DNA from: a bacterium
GTDB lineage: Bacteria; Patescibacteriota; Minisyncoccia; 2-01-FULL-47-10; JBBIMT01
DNA: 64,000 bases
Assembly: GCA_037443185.1 (NCBI GenBank)
Contig: JBBIOV010000001.1
Location: forward strand, 10,866-74,865
Direction: 5' to 3'
Shown here piece after piece: positions 1 through 10,023 of the stretch (position 1 is the stretch's first letter; each line of letters starts with the position of its first letter). The translations under genes and the position numbers were made by a program. The notes below the pieces were generated by a model. It ran no database searches, had not been told where the DNA came from, and saw only the letters and a list, made by a program, of their open reading frames with translations.

Positions 1-2
1 TT

Positions 3-458
3 CCTAAAATAAAAGAGTTTGCTGATAAGATTGGTTTTAAAGTTGTATCAATTAAATCCGGCAAATTAAAAGATATAACTTCGCCTTTTAAAGATATTAC
101 TGCGGAAGAAGAAAATATTTTACAAAAATTAGTTGATGAAAGTTATGAATATTTTGTTGGTTCAGTTGCTGAAGGCAGAAAACTTTCTCTTGCTCAAGTT
201 AGGGAATTAGCTGATGGCAGCGTTTTTTCTGGCAATTATGCCAAAGAATTAAAATTAGTTGATGAAGTAGGTTTTTTTGAAGATGCTAAAAAGCAAATCG
301 AAGAGCTTTTGGGCGCTCAAACGCCTTTAACTTATAAGCGTTATTATTTTTTACAAAGTCCCATTGAGAAATTGTTAGGGCTTTTAATGAATAAGTTCAA
401 TGCTTTAGAAAATCTTTTTTCAAGTCGTTTCTGGCGTACTCTTTATCTGTGGGAGTAA
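3..458 (+). CDS. sppA: Signal peptide peptidase SppA (protease IV family), C-terminal fragment; 5' end lies outside the window
   Basis: Frame 3 from nt 3 gives PKIKEFADKIGFKVVSIKSGKLKDITSPFKDITAEEENILQKLVDESYEYFVGSVAEGRKLSLAQVRELADGSVFSGNYAKELKLVDEVGFF..., ending at TAA 456-458. This matches the conserved C-terminal region of 36K-type SppA. Not in the ORF track because the start lies outside the window. Confidence 0.55.
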   Translation, partial: PKIKEFADKIGFKVVSIKSGKLKDITSPFKDITAEEENILQKLVDESYEYFVGSVAEGRKLSLAQVRELADGSVFSGNYAKELKLVDEVGFFEDAKKQIEELLGAQTPLTYKRYYFLQSPIEKLLGLLMNKFNALENLFSSRFWRTLYLWE

Positions 459-1391
459 TTTGTTGTTTTTATTTAAAAAGCCTCGTAAAAATTCTTCAGA
501 GGTCATTTCTTTTTTTCCTGCAGGTTTAAGTTTTTCAATTAACAAAACGCCATCTTTTACTTTTAAGCATAGCTTTTGATTATAAACAAAGAAAATAGAA
601 GGTGGCTGCGGAATTGATTTTTTCAAAACCGATGCTTTTAAAATTTGGATTCTGATCTTTTCAAAATAAGTGTAAGCAATGGGCCAAGGTTGATACGCGC
701 GAATTTTTCTTTCTATTAAATCAACTGGTTCGTTGAAATTAATTTGAGCCTCATTTTTTTTAATCAGTGAGGTATATGTTGCTTTTAAGTTATCTTGGGG
801 TTGAACTTTTAGTTTACCAGTTAGATAATTAGGAAGAATTTTTTTTAGAAGTTTAACGCCTTCTATTGCCATTTTCTTTTCTAAAGATCCAGTTGTGTCT
901 TCTTGGGTGATAGCAATTTTTTCTTGGGCAATGATTGGACCGGCATCTAACTCTTTTGATATTTTAATTAAAGTTATACCTGTTTCTTTTTCATTATTTA
1001 TTATAGTCGCTTGAGTTGGTGAAGGTCCACGATATTTTGGCAAAAGTGACGGATGAATATTTATAATACCAAAAGGCTCAAAAATATTTAAAATATCTTG
1101 TGGGATTATTTTCCCATAAGCCGCTAATATTCCAAATTGTACATTTAATTGTCTCAATAGATTAGCAAATTTGTTATCTAATTTCAATGGTTGCCAAATT
1201 TCAATTTTATCGTTAAATTTCAAATTATGAATTTTTACTTCTTTTTTAACTGGCGTTTCTTTAATTTGATATCCTCTTCCTGAGGGTTTATCTGGCTGGG
1301 TAATAACCAAAATTGGCTTATATCCTATGTTAAGTAGCCCTTTTAAGATATCAGCGGCAAATTCGGAAGTGCCCCAAAAAATAAACCTCAT
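420..1391 (-). CDS. fmt: Methionyl-tRNA formyltransferase
   Basis: N-term MRFIFWGTSEFAADIL and the formyltransferase core (HPSLLPKYRGPSP) match Fmt. Lies downstream of def in a classic def-fmt arrangement. Confidence 0.85.
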   Translation of the reverse strand: MRFIFWGTSEFAADILKGLLNIGYKPILVITQPDKPSGRGYQIKETPVKKEVKIHNLKFNDKIEIWQPLKLDNKFANLLRQLNVQFGILAAYGKIIPQDILNIFEPFGIINIHPSLLPKYRGPSPTQATIINNEKETGITLIKISKELDAGPIIAQEKIAITQEDTTGSLEKKMAIEGVKLLKKILPNYLTGKLKVQPQDNLKATYTSLIKKNEAQINFNEPVDLIERKIRAYQPWPIAYTYFEKIRIQILKASVLKKSIPQPPSIFFVYNQKLCLKVKDGVLLIEKLKPAGKKEMTSEEFLRGFLNKNNKLLPQIKSTPETT

Positions 1392-1400
1392 AAATTTTTA

Positions 1401-1895
1401 TTATTTTTGCCATTTATCACAAATTAATATACCATTTAAATGATCTGTTTCATGTTGAATAACTCTTGCTAGTAATCCTTTAGCATGTAATTTAAACTTT
1501 TTTCCGTCTTGATCTTGGGCGACTAAAACGAGTTTTTTTGATCTTAAAACCACTCCTTTTTTGCCTGGTAAACTTAAACAACCTTCTTCATCCAATTGCT
1601 TTTGTGTTGAAAGCTTTTTTATTTGGGCGTTAATGAAAACATAACCCCCTTCTATCGGCTTGGGAGTTATTTTTTCGAATCTCCATCCTGACAACTCTTT
1701 ATCAAAAGCCATCTCATCAATGACAAATAGCTTAATATTTTTACCAATTTGAGGAGCGGCTAAACCAATACCATTTACCTCTTTCATTTTTTTTATCATT
1801 AAAGGAAAAAGCGCTTGAAGTTCCGGGGTAATTTTTAATATATCAACCGATATTTTTCGCAATATTTTATTTTTTGGTCCAACTTCAAGTTCCAT
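1401..1895 (-). CDS. def: Peptide deformylase
   Basis: All three PDF motifs are present: GIGLAAPQIG, EGCLS, HETDHLNG. Confidence 0.85.
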   Translation of the reverse strand: MELEVGPKNKILRKISVDILKITPELQALFPLMIKKMKEVNGIGLAAPQIGKNIKLFVIDEMAFDKELSGWRFEKITPKPIEGGYVFINAQIKKLSTQKQLDEEGCLSLPGKKGVVLRSKKLVLVAQDQDGKKFKLHAKGLLARVIQHETDHLNGILICDKWQK

Positions 1896-1945
1896 AGCGT
1901 TAAATTTATTTTAAATTATCTTATTTAATTTTAAAAAAATAAACA

Positions 1946-3793
1946 CTATAAAATCGTTTTAGGTTCAACATCAATATCAGCTTTAACAGGAATTAATTGC
2001 AATAATTTATTTTTATACTTAAATGAATTTAAAGAAAATTTCATTATAATATTATAACTTAAGTTTTTTTTAGATATTTTTTTTAAAGGACCTTGTAATA
2101 TTATGTCATTTTCTGTCAAGTTAAATTTTTTTATACATAACTTAACTGCTTCTGATAAAACATCAAAAAGCATTTTGGCGCGAGGTAAAAGATTCATTTT
2201 TTTAGCAACAAGAGTAAGCTTGACAATCTTATAAAAAGGAGGATATTTCATCATTTTTCGTAATGTTAATTCCTCATTGAAATCAAATTGTTCTAAAAAA
2301 TCTTGGAATGATTGAATTATTAATTTTTGGGAAAGGCTATTTAGTTTCAATAGATTAAGATAAGTTTTTTCTTTTGCATTATAATCAGGAAAAAATAAGT
2401 CATAATCTATATTTAAAACGACTGCCAAATCAACTGGAGGGTAAAAATCTGGTGTGATTTTAAATAACAAGGAGGTACCAATTAAAACAGCGGGAGATGA
2501 AGCGTAAAATTCTTTGATTATCTCTAATTGTTTTTTATTTGTTAGCGCGTTATTTAAATCAAATTTAAAAATTTTCAACTGAGGAAAATTTTCTTTTATT
2601 TTTTTATAAATAAATTCACCACCTAATTGAAAATAGCCAAAGTTATGACCTTTGCACTTTGGACAAAAATTAAAAGCATTGTCTATTTTCTGGCAGATAT
2701 GACATATTAAATGATTATCTTGTAAATGTAAACTTAAAAAACATCTATTACATTTTGGCACAAAGCCGCAATTTTTACATAAAACAACTTTAGCATACCC
2801 TTTTTTATTGAGATATAAAAGCGCTCTTTTTTTAGTATTGATAATCTTATTTAAATTTTCTTGAAGTGCCTCTGAAAAAATTTTTTCTTCATTTATCAAT
2901 GAATCATTGTCTTTAAGTTTGATAAATTGGTATGGAGCAATAAATTCTTTTTTTTGGTGATTTTTTAAGGATATAAAGTGAGAACCTAATACTTGATCCA
3001 CTAATAAAACTTTTATGCCCAGTTTTTGATTAAAAATTTTAAGCGCTGTTCTGGCGTCATATTTTGGGTGTTGGTCCCAAGATTTAAAATAATCGCTGTT
3101 GGCGTTGTATAAAATAATAAGATTAACTTTAGAATTTAGATACCATAGCGCGGTTTTTGTGCCAACAATAACTCCTTTTGTAAGTTTTTGAGAAGTTTGC
3201 CAACTTTGAAGTTTTTTTTGAGGAGATAGTTTTGAGTAAATTAAAACAGTGTTTGAAAAATTTTTTAGATAGTTGCTCCAATTTTTAGCTGCGATTATAT
3301 CAGGAGTTAAAAATAAAGTTACCCCTGGATTTTGTTGAATTTGGTGTAAAAGTACTTCTTTGTTAAAATCATATGCTTGGAATATTATCTTTTGTTTTTG
3401 ATGAGTAAATTCATTTTGTTTAAAAAGATAATTTTTAAAGAACATTTTTTTTGTAATTATTTTTGGAAAAAAAAGCTGCAAAAATAAACCCAAGGGTTCA
3501 TAATAATATTTTGCCATCTCAATTGCAATTTCTATCTGCCATTTTTGCAAAAACGGTTTTGCGCACAATATTTTTTTTATTTTCCTTAAAGTAAAGTTAG
3601 CCGTTTTTTTTAAATGTATTTTTCTTGAAGGGATAAGTTTTTCATTAGAAATAACCACCCCGGCGATATCGCGATTTTTCAAAGAAATCAAAACAATTGA
3701 ACCTATTTTTAATTGACGGCTGCTAAAATAGATTAAAGTTTGTGGATTGGGTAAAGAAATTTTGGTTAATGGCGCTACGGACAAAATAAACAT
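1946..3793 (-). CDS. priA: Primosomal protein N' (PriA) homologue with degenerate helicase ATPase motifs
   Basis: The N-terminal 3'-DNA-binding-like region and the Cys-rich Zn-binding insert (CKNCGFVPKCNRCFLSLHLQDNHLICHICQ...CPKCKG) align with PriA. The gene order priA-def-fmt is typical. Walker A (GxGKT) is absent and the DEEH box is replaced by YNANSD. Confidence 0.6.
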   Translation of the reverse strand: MFILSVAPLTKISLPNPQTLIYFSSRQLKIGSIVLISLKNRDIAGVVISNEKLIPSRKIHLKKTANFTLRKIKKILCAKPFLQKWQIEIAIEMAKYYYEPLGLFLQLFFPKIITKKMFFKNYLFKQNEFTHQKQKIIFQAYDFNKEVLLHQIQQNPGVTLFLTPDIIAAKNWSNYLKNFSNTVLIYSKLSPQKKLQSWQTSQKLTKGVIVGTKTALWYLNSKVNLIILYNANSDYFKSWDQHPKYDARTALKIFNQKLGIKVLLVDQVLGSHFISLKNHQKKEFIAPYQFIKLKDNDSLINEEKIFSEALQENLNKIINTKKRALLYLNKKGYAKVVLCKNCGFVPKCNRCFLSLHLQDNHLICHICQKIDNAFNFCPKCKGHNFGYFQLGGEFIYKKIKENFPQLKIFKFDLNNALTNKKQLEIIKEFYASSPAVLIGTSLLFKITPDFYPPVDLAVVLNIDYDLFFPDYNAKEKTYLNLLKLNSLSQKLIIQSFQDFLEQFDFNEELTLRKMMKYPPFYKIVKLTLVAKKMNLLPRAKMLFDVLSEAVKLCIKKFNLTENDIILQGPLKKISKKNLSYNIIMKFSLNSFKYKNKLLQLIPVKADIDVEPKTIL

Positions 3794-3814
3794 ATCTTGA
3801 TTATAGTAAAGGCG

Positions 3815-3843
3815 TTGAATAAATGCAAATGTTATCTTACAAT
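3815..3843 (+). promoter_or_regulatory. Candidate sigma70-like promoter for the TagA-like gene (-35 TTGAAT, 17-nt spacer, -10 TACAAT)
   Basis: TTGAAT at 3815-3820 and TACAAT at 3838-3843, about 57 nt upstream of the ATG at 3901. AT-rich background lowers specificity. Confidence 0.3.
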
Positions 3844-3900
3844 AAGACTTAATTAATGCTAATGCTTTAGTGGGGTTTTATAAAATTTGAGAAATTTTTT

Positions 3901-4731
3901 ATGACGTTTTTTAATTTAGATATTCAAAATTATAAAGATTGGGAAGAATTGCTTCAACACTTAAAAAATAGAATCAAAGAAAAAAACAAGAGCCAAATAG
4001 TAACTTTTAATCCTGAAATGTTAGTTTGCGCTCAAAAAGATATTATTTTTTTTAACATTTTGAAAAAATCACTCCTTATCCCTGACGGGTTTGGTATTAT
4101 TTTGGCATCTAAAATTTTAGGCAGATCTCAGCTTAAAAGATATCCTGGAGTTGATATCATAGAACAAATGCTTCAAAGCAATCTTTTTAAAGATTGTTTA
4201 TTTTATTTTTTTGGAGCAAGCCAAAAAACTTTAAAAAAATTGGCATTTAAAATTCAATCTAAAAACTTTAAAGATCCTCGCTTTGTCGGTTTTTATCCTG
4301 GTGAAATCGATTTAATCTATCGCCTTCGAACCCTCGAAAAAGTTTATTTTAACAAAATTAGAAGCAAAAAAACTCCTGAGGTTCAAGCTTTAGATTTGAT
4401 AGATTATACGACACCAACAATCGTCAATAAAATTAATGAGGCAAAACCTGATGTTTTATTTGTGGCGCTTGGTTCACCGTTGCAGGAAAAATGGATTTAT
4501 TATAATTTACCAAAATTAAATAGTGTAAAATTGGCTATCGGAGTCGGTGGCGCTTTTGATATTTTATCTGGCTTGAAGCCTCGTGCTCCTTTATTTTTAC
4601 GGCGTTCTGGTTTAGAATGGTTGTGGCGGCTAAGCCTGGAACCTAAAAGAATGAAAAGAATTTATAATGCAACTTTTAAATTTTTTTGGATTGTATTAAA
4701 GGAAGTTTTTAAAAAACACCAAAAAAATTAG
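3901..4731 (+). CDS. WecB/TagA/CpsF-family glycosyltransferase (GT26, N-acetylmannosaminyltransferase-like)
   Basis: Family motifs: IPDGFGIILASKILG, VALGSPLQEKWI, IGVGGAFDILSGLKPRAP, GLEWLWRL. Confidence 0.75.
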   Translation: MTFFNLDIQNYKDWEELLQHLKNRIKEKNKSQIVTFNPEMLVCAQKDIIFFNILKKSLLIPDGFGIILASKILGRSQLKRYPGVDIIEQMLQSNLFKDCLFYFFGASQKTLKKLAFKIQSKNFKDPRFVGFYPGEIDLIYRLRTLEKVYFNKIRSKKTPEVQALDLIDYTTPTIVNKINEAKPDVLFVALGSPLQEKWIYYNLPKLNSVKLAIGVGGAFDILSGLKPRAPLFLRRSGLEWLWRLSLEPKRMKRIYNATFKFFWIVLKEVFKKHQKN

Positions 4732-4732
4732 G

Positions 4733-6118
4733 ATGAAGATTGCCAAATCAATTTACTTTATTGGAATCAAGGGTGCTGGAATGAGCGCCCTGGCTTTAAT
4801 CTATAAAAAATTAGGAGCTACGGTATTGGGCTCAGATGTTCAAGAAATATTTTTTAGTGATGATATTTTAAAAAAAGAAAAAATAAAAATATTGCCTGGT
4901 TTTAAAGCCGAAAATATTACTTCTGATTATGATTTAATTATTGTTTCAAATGCTTATTTAAATAATAAAAATCCCGAATATGTTGAGGCTTTAGAAAAAG
5001 GATATGAAGTTTTAAGTTACCCGGAAGCTGTGGCAACGCTCTTTAACCAATGTTTTGGAATCGCTGTTGCCGGAAGTCACGGTAAAACCACAACTAGTGG
5101 TATGATAGCTGAAATTTTAAATTATGCGAAATTACCTTTTATTGCACTGGTAGGTTCAGAAATTTTAAATGTAAAAAGTAATGCAATAGTAAAAACTCCA
5201 AACACCAAACTTTTTACAAGGATTAGACACATTTTGAACAAACGAATTCCAAGTTCTCCGTTCTTTGTTCTTGAGGCAGATGAATATAAAGAGGCATTTT
5301 TAAACTATACTCCGAAAATTTTGTTGATAACAAACATTGATTGGGACCATCCTGATTATTTTAAAAAAGAAATAGACTATATTAATGCTTTTAAGAAGTT
5401 TATTCAAAAAACCATTACAAATGGCGGTAAAGTAATTTTATTTAAAGACGCTTTAAAAACCCTTGGACTTTACAACTTTCAAGGTTGGACCTCTATAGAA
5501 GTATATGACAGGGAACTGAAGTTTAATCTAAAAGTTGCTGGTGAGTTTAATCAATATAACGCAAATGGCGCTTACAAAGTTGCCAAAAAATTAGGTATTA
5601 AAGATTTTTTAATTAAAGAAGCGCTTGAAAAATTTAAAGGAACTCGTAGAAGAATGGAAAAACATTATCTGGATATTAATTATTTAAAAACTCGACTGCG
5701 AATTTTTTTTATTGATGATTACGCTCATCATCCAACTGAAATTGCTGAAACTTTAACGGCAATAAAGCAAAAATTCAAAAATAAAAAAATCTGGGTTTTC
5801 TTTCAGCCTCATACTTACTCGCGCACTAAAGCTTATTTTTCACAATTTATTAAGGCGCTGCAATTGGCAGATAAAGTGAGTATTGTAGAAACATTTGCAT
5901 CGGCTAGAGAAACGAAAGGATTTTCTGCTCGAAATATTTCTAGAAAAATTAAGGGAGCGACTTTTCATAAAACTATAAAAGATGCAGCAGTATTTTTGTT
6001 TAGATTCATCATAGATAGTCGAAATTTTATGAAAAATTATATTATTATAACAATGGGTGCTGGGGATATTAATAAATTAATAAATGAAGTTTGGAAACAA
6101 TCGAAACAAAATGCTTAA
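4733..6118 (+). CDS. murC: UDP-N-acetylmuramate--L-alanine ligase
   Basis: N-term YFIGIKGAGMSALALI (the MurC GIGGxGMS motif) and Mur ligase P-loop GSHGKTTTSGMIAEIL; 461 aa. Confidence 0.85.
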   Translation: MKIAKSIYFIGIKGAGMSALALIYKKLGATVLGSDVQEIFFSDDILKKEKIKILPGFKAENITSDYDLIIVSNAYLNNKNPEYVEALEKGYEVLSYPEAVATLFNQCFGIAVAGSHGKTTTSGMIAEILNYAKLPFIALVGSEILNVKSNAIVKTPNTKLFTRIRHILNKRIPSSPFFVLEADEYKEAFLNYTPKILLITNIDWDHPDYFKKEIDYINAFKKFIQKTITNGGKVILFKDALKTLGLYNFQGWTSIEVYDRELKFNLKVAGEFNQYNANGAYKVAKKLGIKDFLIKEALEKFKGTRRRMEKHYLDINYLKTRLRIFFIDDYAHHPTEIAETLTAIKQKFKNKKIWVFFQPHTYSRTKAYFSQFIKALQLADKVSIVETFASARETKGFSARNISRKIKGATFHKTIKDAAVFLFRFIIDSRNFMKNYIIITMGAGDINKLINEVWKQSKQNA

Positions 6119-7124
6119 AGTCGCTATAATTATTTTAAATTATAATTGCTGGAAGCATACGATAGAAACAGTCCAATCGGTAATTAAAAATGATTATTCA
6201 AATTTTGAAGTTTTTGTCGTTGATAATTGTTCTACCGATGATTCTTGGCAAAAGTTAAATCAATGGTACGCAACTTTCGGAAGCTTTAGTTTAAAATTAA
6301 AGTCTTCATTTTTTTTAGTACAAAATCCAGTCAATAATGGTTTTGCTGGCGGAAATAATTTTGGTATGAAAATAGCTGCCAAAAAAGGAGCCGACTATTT
6401 TTTAATTTTAAATCCGGATGTTGAGGTGGAAAAAAATTTTTTAAGCGAGATGGTAAAATTTTATGAAAATTCGTTAAAAAGTAAAACTCGAAACTTGTCA
6501 AAACAAAAAATTGGTTTTGTTGGTCCTCGCATTTTTTATTATCATAACCGAAATTTAATTTATTCAAACGGTGGAAAAATCAACTGGAGTTTTACAGAAG
6601 GCAAGCTAATAGATAATGGGGAAAATTTTAAAAATATTGCTTTTGTAACGCCTTTTGCTGTTAAAAATCAAAAAGAGTCAAGGAATAAAGGTGTTAAAGA
6701 AATGCCATTTGAAACTGATTATGTTTCTGGAACAGCACTGTTGATCCATAAAAATGTATTAAATGATATCGGTTTGATGGATGAATCTTTTTTTCTTTAT
6801 TATGAAGACACCGAGTGGGCTTTAAGAGCTTCAAAAAAGGGATATAAACATTTTATCGTGCCTTCTTCTATTATTTATCATAAAGAATCAGTAAGTACTG
6901 GTAAATTTTCTTATAATTACTTTTATTACCACACCCGCAACGCTTTAATGATGGCAAAAAAACACGGCAATATTTTTATCAAAATTTATTTATTTTTTTT
7001 TATTATCCAAAAAATAATAAAACAATTTTTCAAATTGATTTTTGTTCCCTCAAAAAGACTCTGGGCAAAAGCTATTTTAAAAGGAATATGGGATTATCTA
7101 ATTAATCATAAAGGTAAAATCTAA
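6084..7124 (+). CDS. Family 2 glycosyltransferase
   Basis: GT2 N-terminal signature VAIIILNYNCWKHTIETVQSV...VVDNCSTDDS, and a DxD-like YYEDTEW. Confidence 0.6.
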   Translation: MKFGNNRNKMLKVAIIILNYNCWKHTIETVQSVIKNDYSNFEVFVVDNCSTDDSWQKLNQWYATFGSFSLKLKSSFFLVQNPVNNGFAGGNNFGMKIAAKKGADYFLILNPDVEVEKNFLSEMVKFYENSLKSKTRNLSKQKIGFVGPRIFYYHNRNLIYSNGGKINWSFTEGKLIDNGENFKNIAFVTPFAVKNQKESRNKGVKEMPFETDYVSGTALLIHKNVLNDIGLMDESFFLYYEDTEWALRASKKGYKHFIVPSSIIYHKESVSTGKFSYNYFYYHTRNALMMAKKHGNIFIKIYLFFFIIQKIIKQFFKLIFVPSKRLWAKAILKGIWDYLINHKGKI

Positions 7125-7267
7125 AAAATATGATATTTAAAATATGAATGTAAAAAATAGAGGAATAATTAATGCGGTATCTAAAATAAAATGGTGGTAT
7201 ACCATTGATTTGGGCAATGATATTGTGACACCAAAAATGATTTTTAAAAGGGTAAATTAACATACTC

Positions 7268-8398
7268 ATGAAAATTGGTATTGATGCGCGAAGTTTAGAG
7301 GGCAAAAGAACTGGGGTAGGGCGATATTTGGAAAATCTGCTTAAATTTTGGCGTTATGAAAAAGATTGCCGCTTTTTTTTATTCTTCAAACAAGAAATTC
7401 CGCAGGAGAAATTTCTAAAAACAGATAATTTTCAATTAGTTTTACAAAAAACAAAAAGTAATTTTTTATTTACTCATAAAACCTTGCCGCATTTGATAAA
7501 AAAATATCAGTGCGATATTTTCTTTTCACCTGGCTATATTCTCCCTTTATTTATTTACACCCCAGCCGCTTTAACTTTACATGATATCATTTACGAAGCG
7601 CGTCCTGATTTATATAATTGGCCTTCGAAAGCTGATTTATTTAATTTAAAATTAATTTCCAAATTATCAGCTCAAAAAGCTAAAATCATTTTTACTCCAT
7701 CTGAATTTACTAAAGAAGAAATTTGTAAATTTTATAAAATCAATTCACAAAAAATTATTGTTACGCCGCTGGCGGCCGATGAATGTTTTTTTATTGATAC
7801 AATTCCCCGTCAATTAAGCGAAAAAATTTTTTTTTCAAAATTTAATTTACCGAAAAATTATTTATTTTTTGCTGGTGCTTGTCTTGAAAGACGACATATT
7901 AAAGAAATTATTTTTGCTGTTGTAAAATTAATCAAAAGGGGATATAATATTGGCTTTTTGATAGCCGGACCTGATTTAACAGAAAAAAAAGATATTGCCT
8001 CTATCGCTTCCAATATTAATAAAGCATTTAATAAAAAAGTGATTTTTTATGAACCATATATTGATTCAAAAATTTTGACTTTTTTATATTATAAGGCGCA
8101 AGCATTAATATATCTTTCTGATTATGAAGGTTTTGGTTTGCCCATTATTGAAGCGATGGCTTCCTCTTGTCCTGTCATTACCGGGCCAGCTCAAGCCTTG
8201 AAAGAAACAGCAGGAGATTCTGCTTTGATTGTTAAGAATATCTCTGAGGGGGAAATTTATGATAAAATTAAGTTGATTTTGGACAATAAAGACTTAAGAG
8301 AAGATTTGAAAAAGCGTGGCTTAAAAAGAGTTAAAGAATTTTCCTGGCAAAAAACCGCTGAAATTACTATTGCAAAAATCAAAGAAATAAAAACTTAA
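7268..8398 (+). CDS. Family 4 (GT-B, group 1) glycosyltransferase
   Basis: C-terminal GT4 motif EGFGLPIIEAMASSCPVITG. Confidence 0.65.
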   Translation: MKIGIDARSLEGKRTGVGRYLENLLKFWRYEKDCRFFLFFKQEIPQEKFLKTDNFQLVLQKTKSNFLFTHKTLPHLIKKYQCDIFFSPGYILPLFIYTPAALTLHDIIYEARPDLYNWPSKADLFNLKLISKLSAQKAKIIFTPSEFTKEEICKFYKINSQKIIVTPLAADECFFIDTIPRQLSEKIFFSKFNLPKNYLFFAGACLERRHIKEIIFAVVKLIKRGYNIGFLIAGPDLTEKKDIASIASNINKAFNKKVIFYEPYIDSKILTFLYYKAQALIYLSDYEGFGLPIIEAMASSCPVITGPAQALKETAGDSALIVKNISEGEIYDKIKLILDNKDLREDLKKRGLKRVKEFSWQKTAEITIAKIKEIKT

Positions 8399-8403
8399 AT
8401 AAT

Positions 8404-9990
8404 ATGATTGGCTTACTTGGGACAAATTTATCTAAATTATATTTTTTTCAAATTGTAATTATCTTTCTTTTAATTTTGAATATTTTGCCACTTTATTATT
8501 CATGGGTTATTGTTGCTATTGCTATTTATTTTTTTTATAAAGAAAGTCTTGAAAAATGTTTTTATTATTTTATTTGTTCATTGCCTTTTTTCATTGCGAC
8601 GCCCTTTTTTTCTTTTGAATCTTTAAGTTTATGGAGATCTTTTTCGCTTTTATTGATAATAAAATATTTATTAAGTACTCAAACGATTAGAAAATCTTTT
8701 AATCTTTTAAAAAATATTAGTAATAAAAAATTTACTTTTAAAAAGTTAAGCCCGGAAGTTTTTAGTTTAGTTGTTTTTTTTACTTTATTATTTTTTGGAA
8801 TATTTATCGCGCAAGATAAAATCGCTGCTATAAGAGGAATTTTATATTATCTTAATATTGTCATCATTGGTTTTTTGTCCTGGAGTATTATCAAAAATAA
8901 AATAGTCTTTGATAAAACTATAAAATCTATTTTTTTAAGCAGTGTCATTATTTTATTTATTGCCATTTTACAAGAAATTGCTGTTTTTATTGTTTCTTTA
9001 AATCAATTTTGGAATTTTTGGGCTAAGGGTCCAATACTTGTGTATTATGGAGAAAATCTTTCAAACTTATTACTGCAATCTAATACTTGGTTTTCTTATT
9101 GGCCTGGGGATTTCGCAACTTTACGCGCTTTTTCAATTTTTCAAGATTCTCATTCTTTTGGGTTAATGATGGTTTTTTTATTGGTCATATCTATTTATTT
9201 GCTTTTTAATTTTTCGAAAAAAAGCGAAAATTCTAAAAAAGTAGCATTGTTTTTAAAATTGAAATTTTATTTTATTATTATTTTATCTCTTTTATTTATA
9301 ATTTTATCAGGCACACGAGGGTTGTGGGTGTCGTTTTATTTAGTATTAGCCCCGATACTTCTTGCTTTAAGCTATTTTTTAAAAAATGAAATATTTTCGT
9401 CTTACAAAAAAGATATTTTTAAATTAATCATTATTTTTACTGCTTGTTTTTTTGTTGCTTCTGGGTTATGGGTTGCTCAAATTTATATACAAAATACCAT
9501 TAAACCCCCGGCAGAAATTTTGCTTGCCTTTAAGCGTATTAAAAGTTCTTTTGATACAAATGAAATTTCCAATAAGGGTAGAATAGAAATTTGGAAAAAA
9601 AGCATAGAGACTGCAATAAAAAATCCTTTCTTTGGCGTGGGACCAGGAAACTTTCCAGTGGCTTTAAACGAGGAAGTTTTTAATGCTAAAAAGGGCGCTT
9701 CCGCTCATAATTTGTATCTTCAATTTTTGGTTGAAAATGGTTTGTTAGGGCTTTTTAACGTTTTTTTTCTTTTTTATCGGATTTTTTACCAAACATATCA
9801 TAAATTATCTTTGAAAAAAAATAATTTCTATGCTTTTAGTTTTTTCATTGCCTTCTTATGGCTTTTGGCATATAATCTATTTGACATCGCGCTTTTGAAT
9901 GATAGAATCTTCATCATTTTTACGATATTAGTAATTTTATTGTATAAGTCTGACATATTGACAAATATAAAATTTCGTAGCAATTTATAA
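8404..9990 (+). CDS. O-antigen ligase / Wzy-like polytopic membrane protein
   Basis: Many TM helices plus the O-antigen-ligase motif HNLYLQFLVENGLLG. Confidence 0.55.
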   Translation: MIGLLGTNLSKLYFFQIVIIFLLILNILPLYYSWVIVAIAIYFFYKESLEKCFYYFICSLPFFIATPFFSFESLSLWRSFSLLLIIKYLLSTQTIRKSFNLLKNISNKKFTFKKLSPEVFSLVVFFTLLFFGIFIAQDKIAAIRGILYYLNIVIIGFLSWSIIKNKIVFDKTIKSIFLSSVIILFIAILQEIAVFIVSLNQFWNFWAKGPILVYYGENLSNLLLQSNTWFSYWPGDFATLRAFSIFQDSHSFGLMMVFLLVISIYLLFNFSKKSENSKKVALFLKLKFYFIIILSLLFIILSGTRGLWVSFYLVLAPILLALSYFLKNEIFSSYKKDIFKLIIIFTACFFVASGLWVAQIYIQNTIKPPAEILLAFKRIKSSFDTNEISNKGRIEIWKKSIETAIKNPFFGVGPGNFPVALNEEVFNAKKGASAHNLYLQFLVENGLLGLFNVFFLFYRIFYQTYHKLSLKKNNFYAFSFFIAFLWLLAYNLFDIALLNDRIFIIFTILVILLYKSDILTNIKFRSNL

Positions 9991-10023
9991 TTTTTTATTT
10001 ATCTTTAAACATTTATTAATTCT

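Noticed and set aside
6331-7305. Small antisense/overlapping ORFs (6331..6567 minus; 7102..7305 minus). The same pattern occurs at 16431..16713, 19079..19297, 20736..21141, 22814..23387, 25528..26382, 27605..28001, 29216..29407, 33230..33424, 36358..36959, 39622..39804, 40600..40851, 46071..46313, 49909..50173, 60484..62124 and 63010..63933.
   Set aside because: All are embedded antisense in strongly supported genes, are short and hydrophobic or low-complexity, and have no conserved motifs. They are typical AT-rich spurious ORFs.
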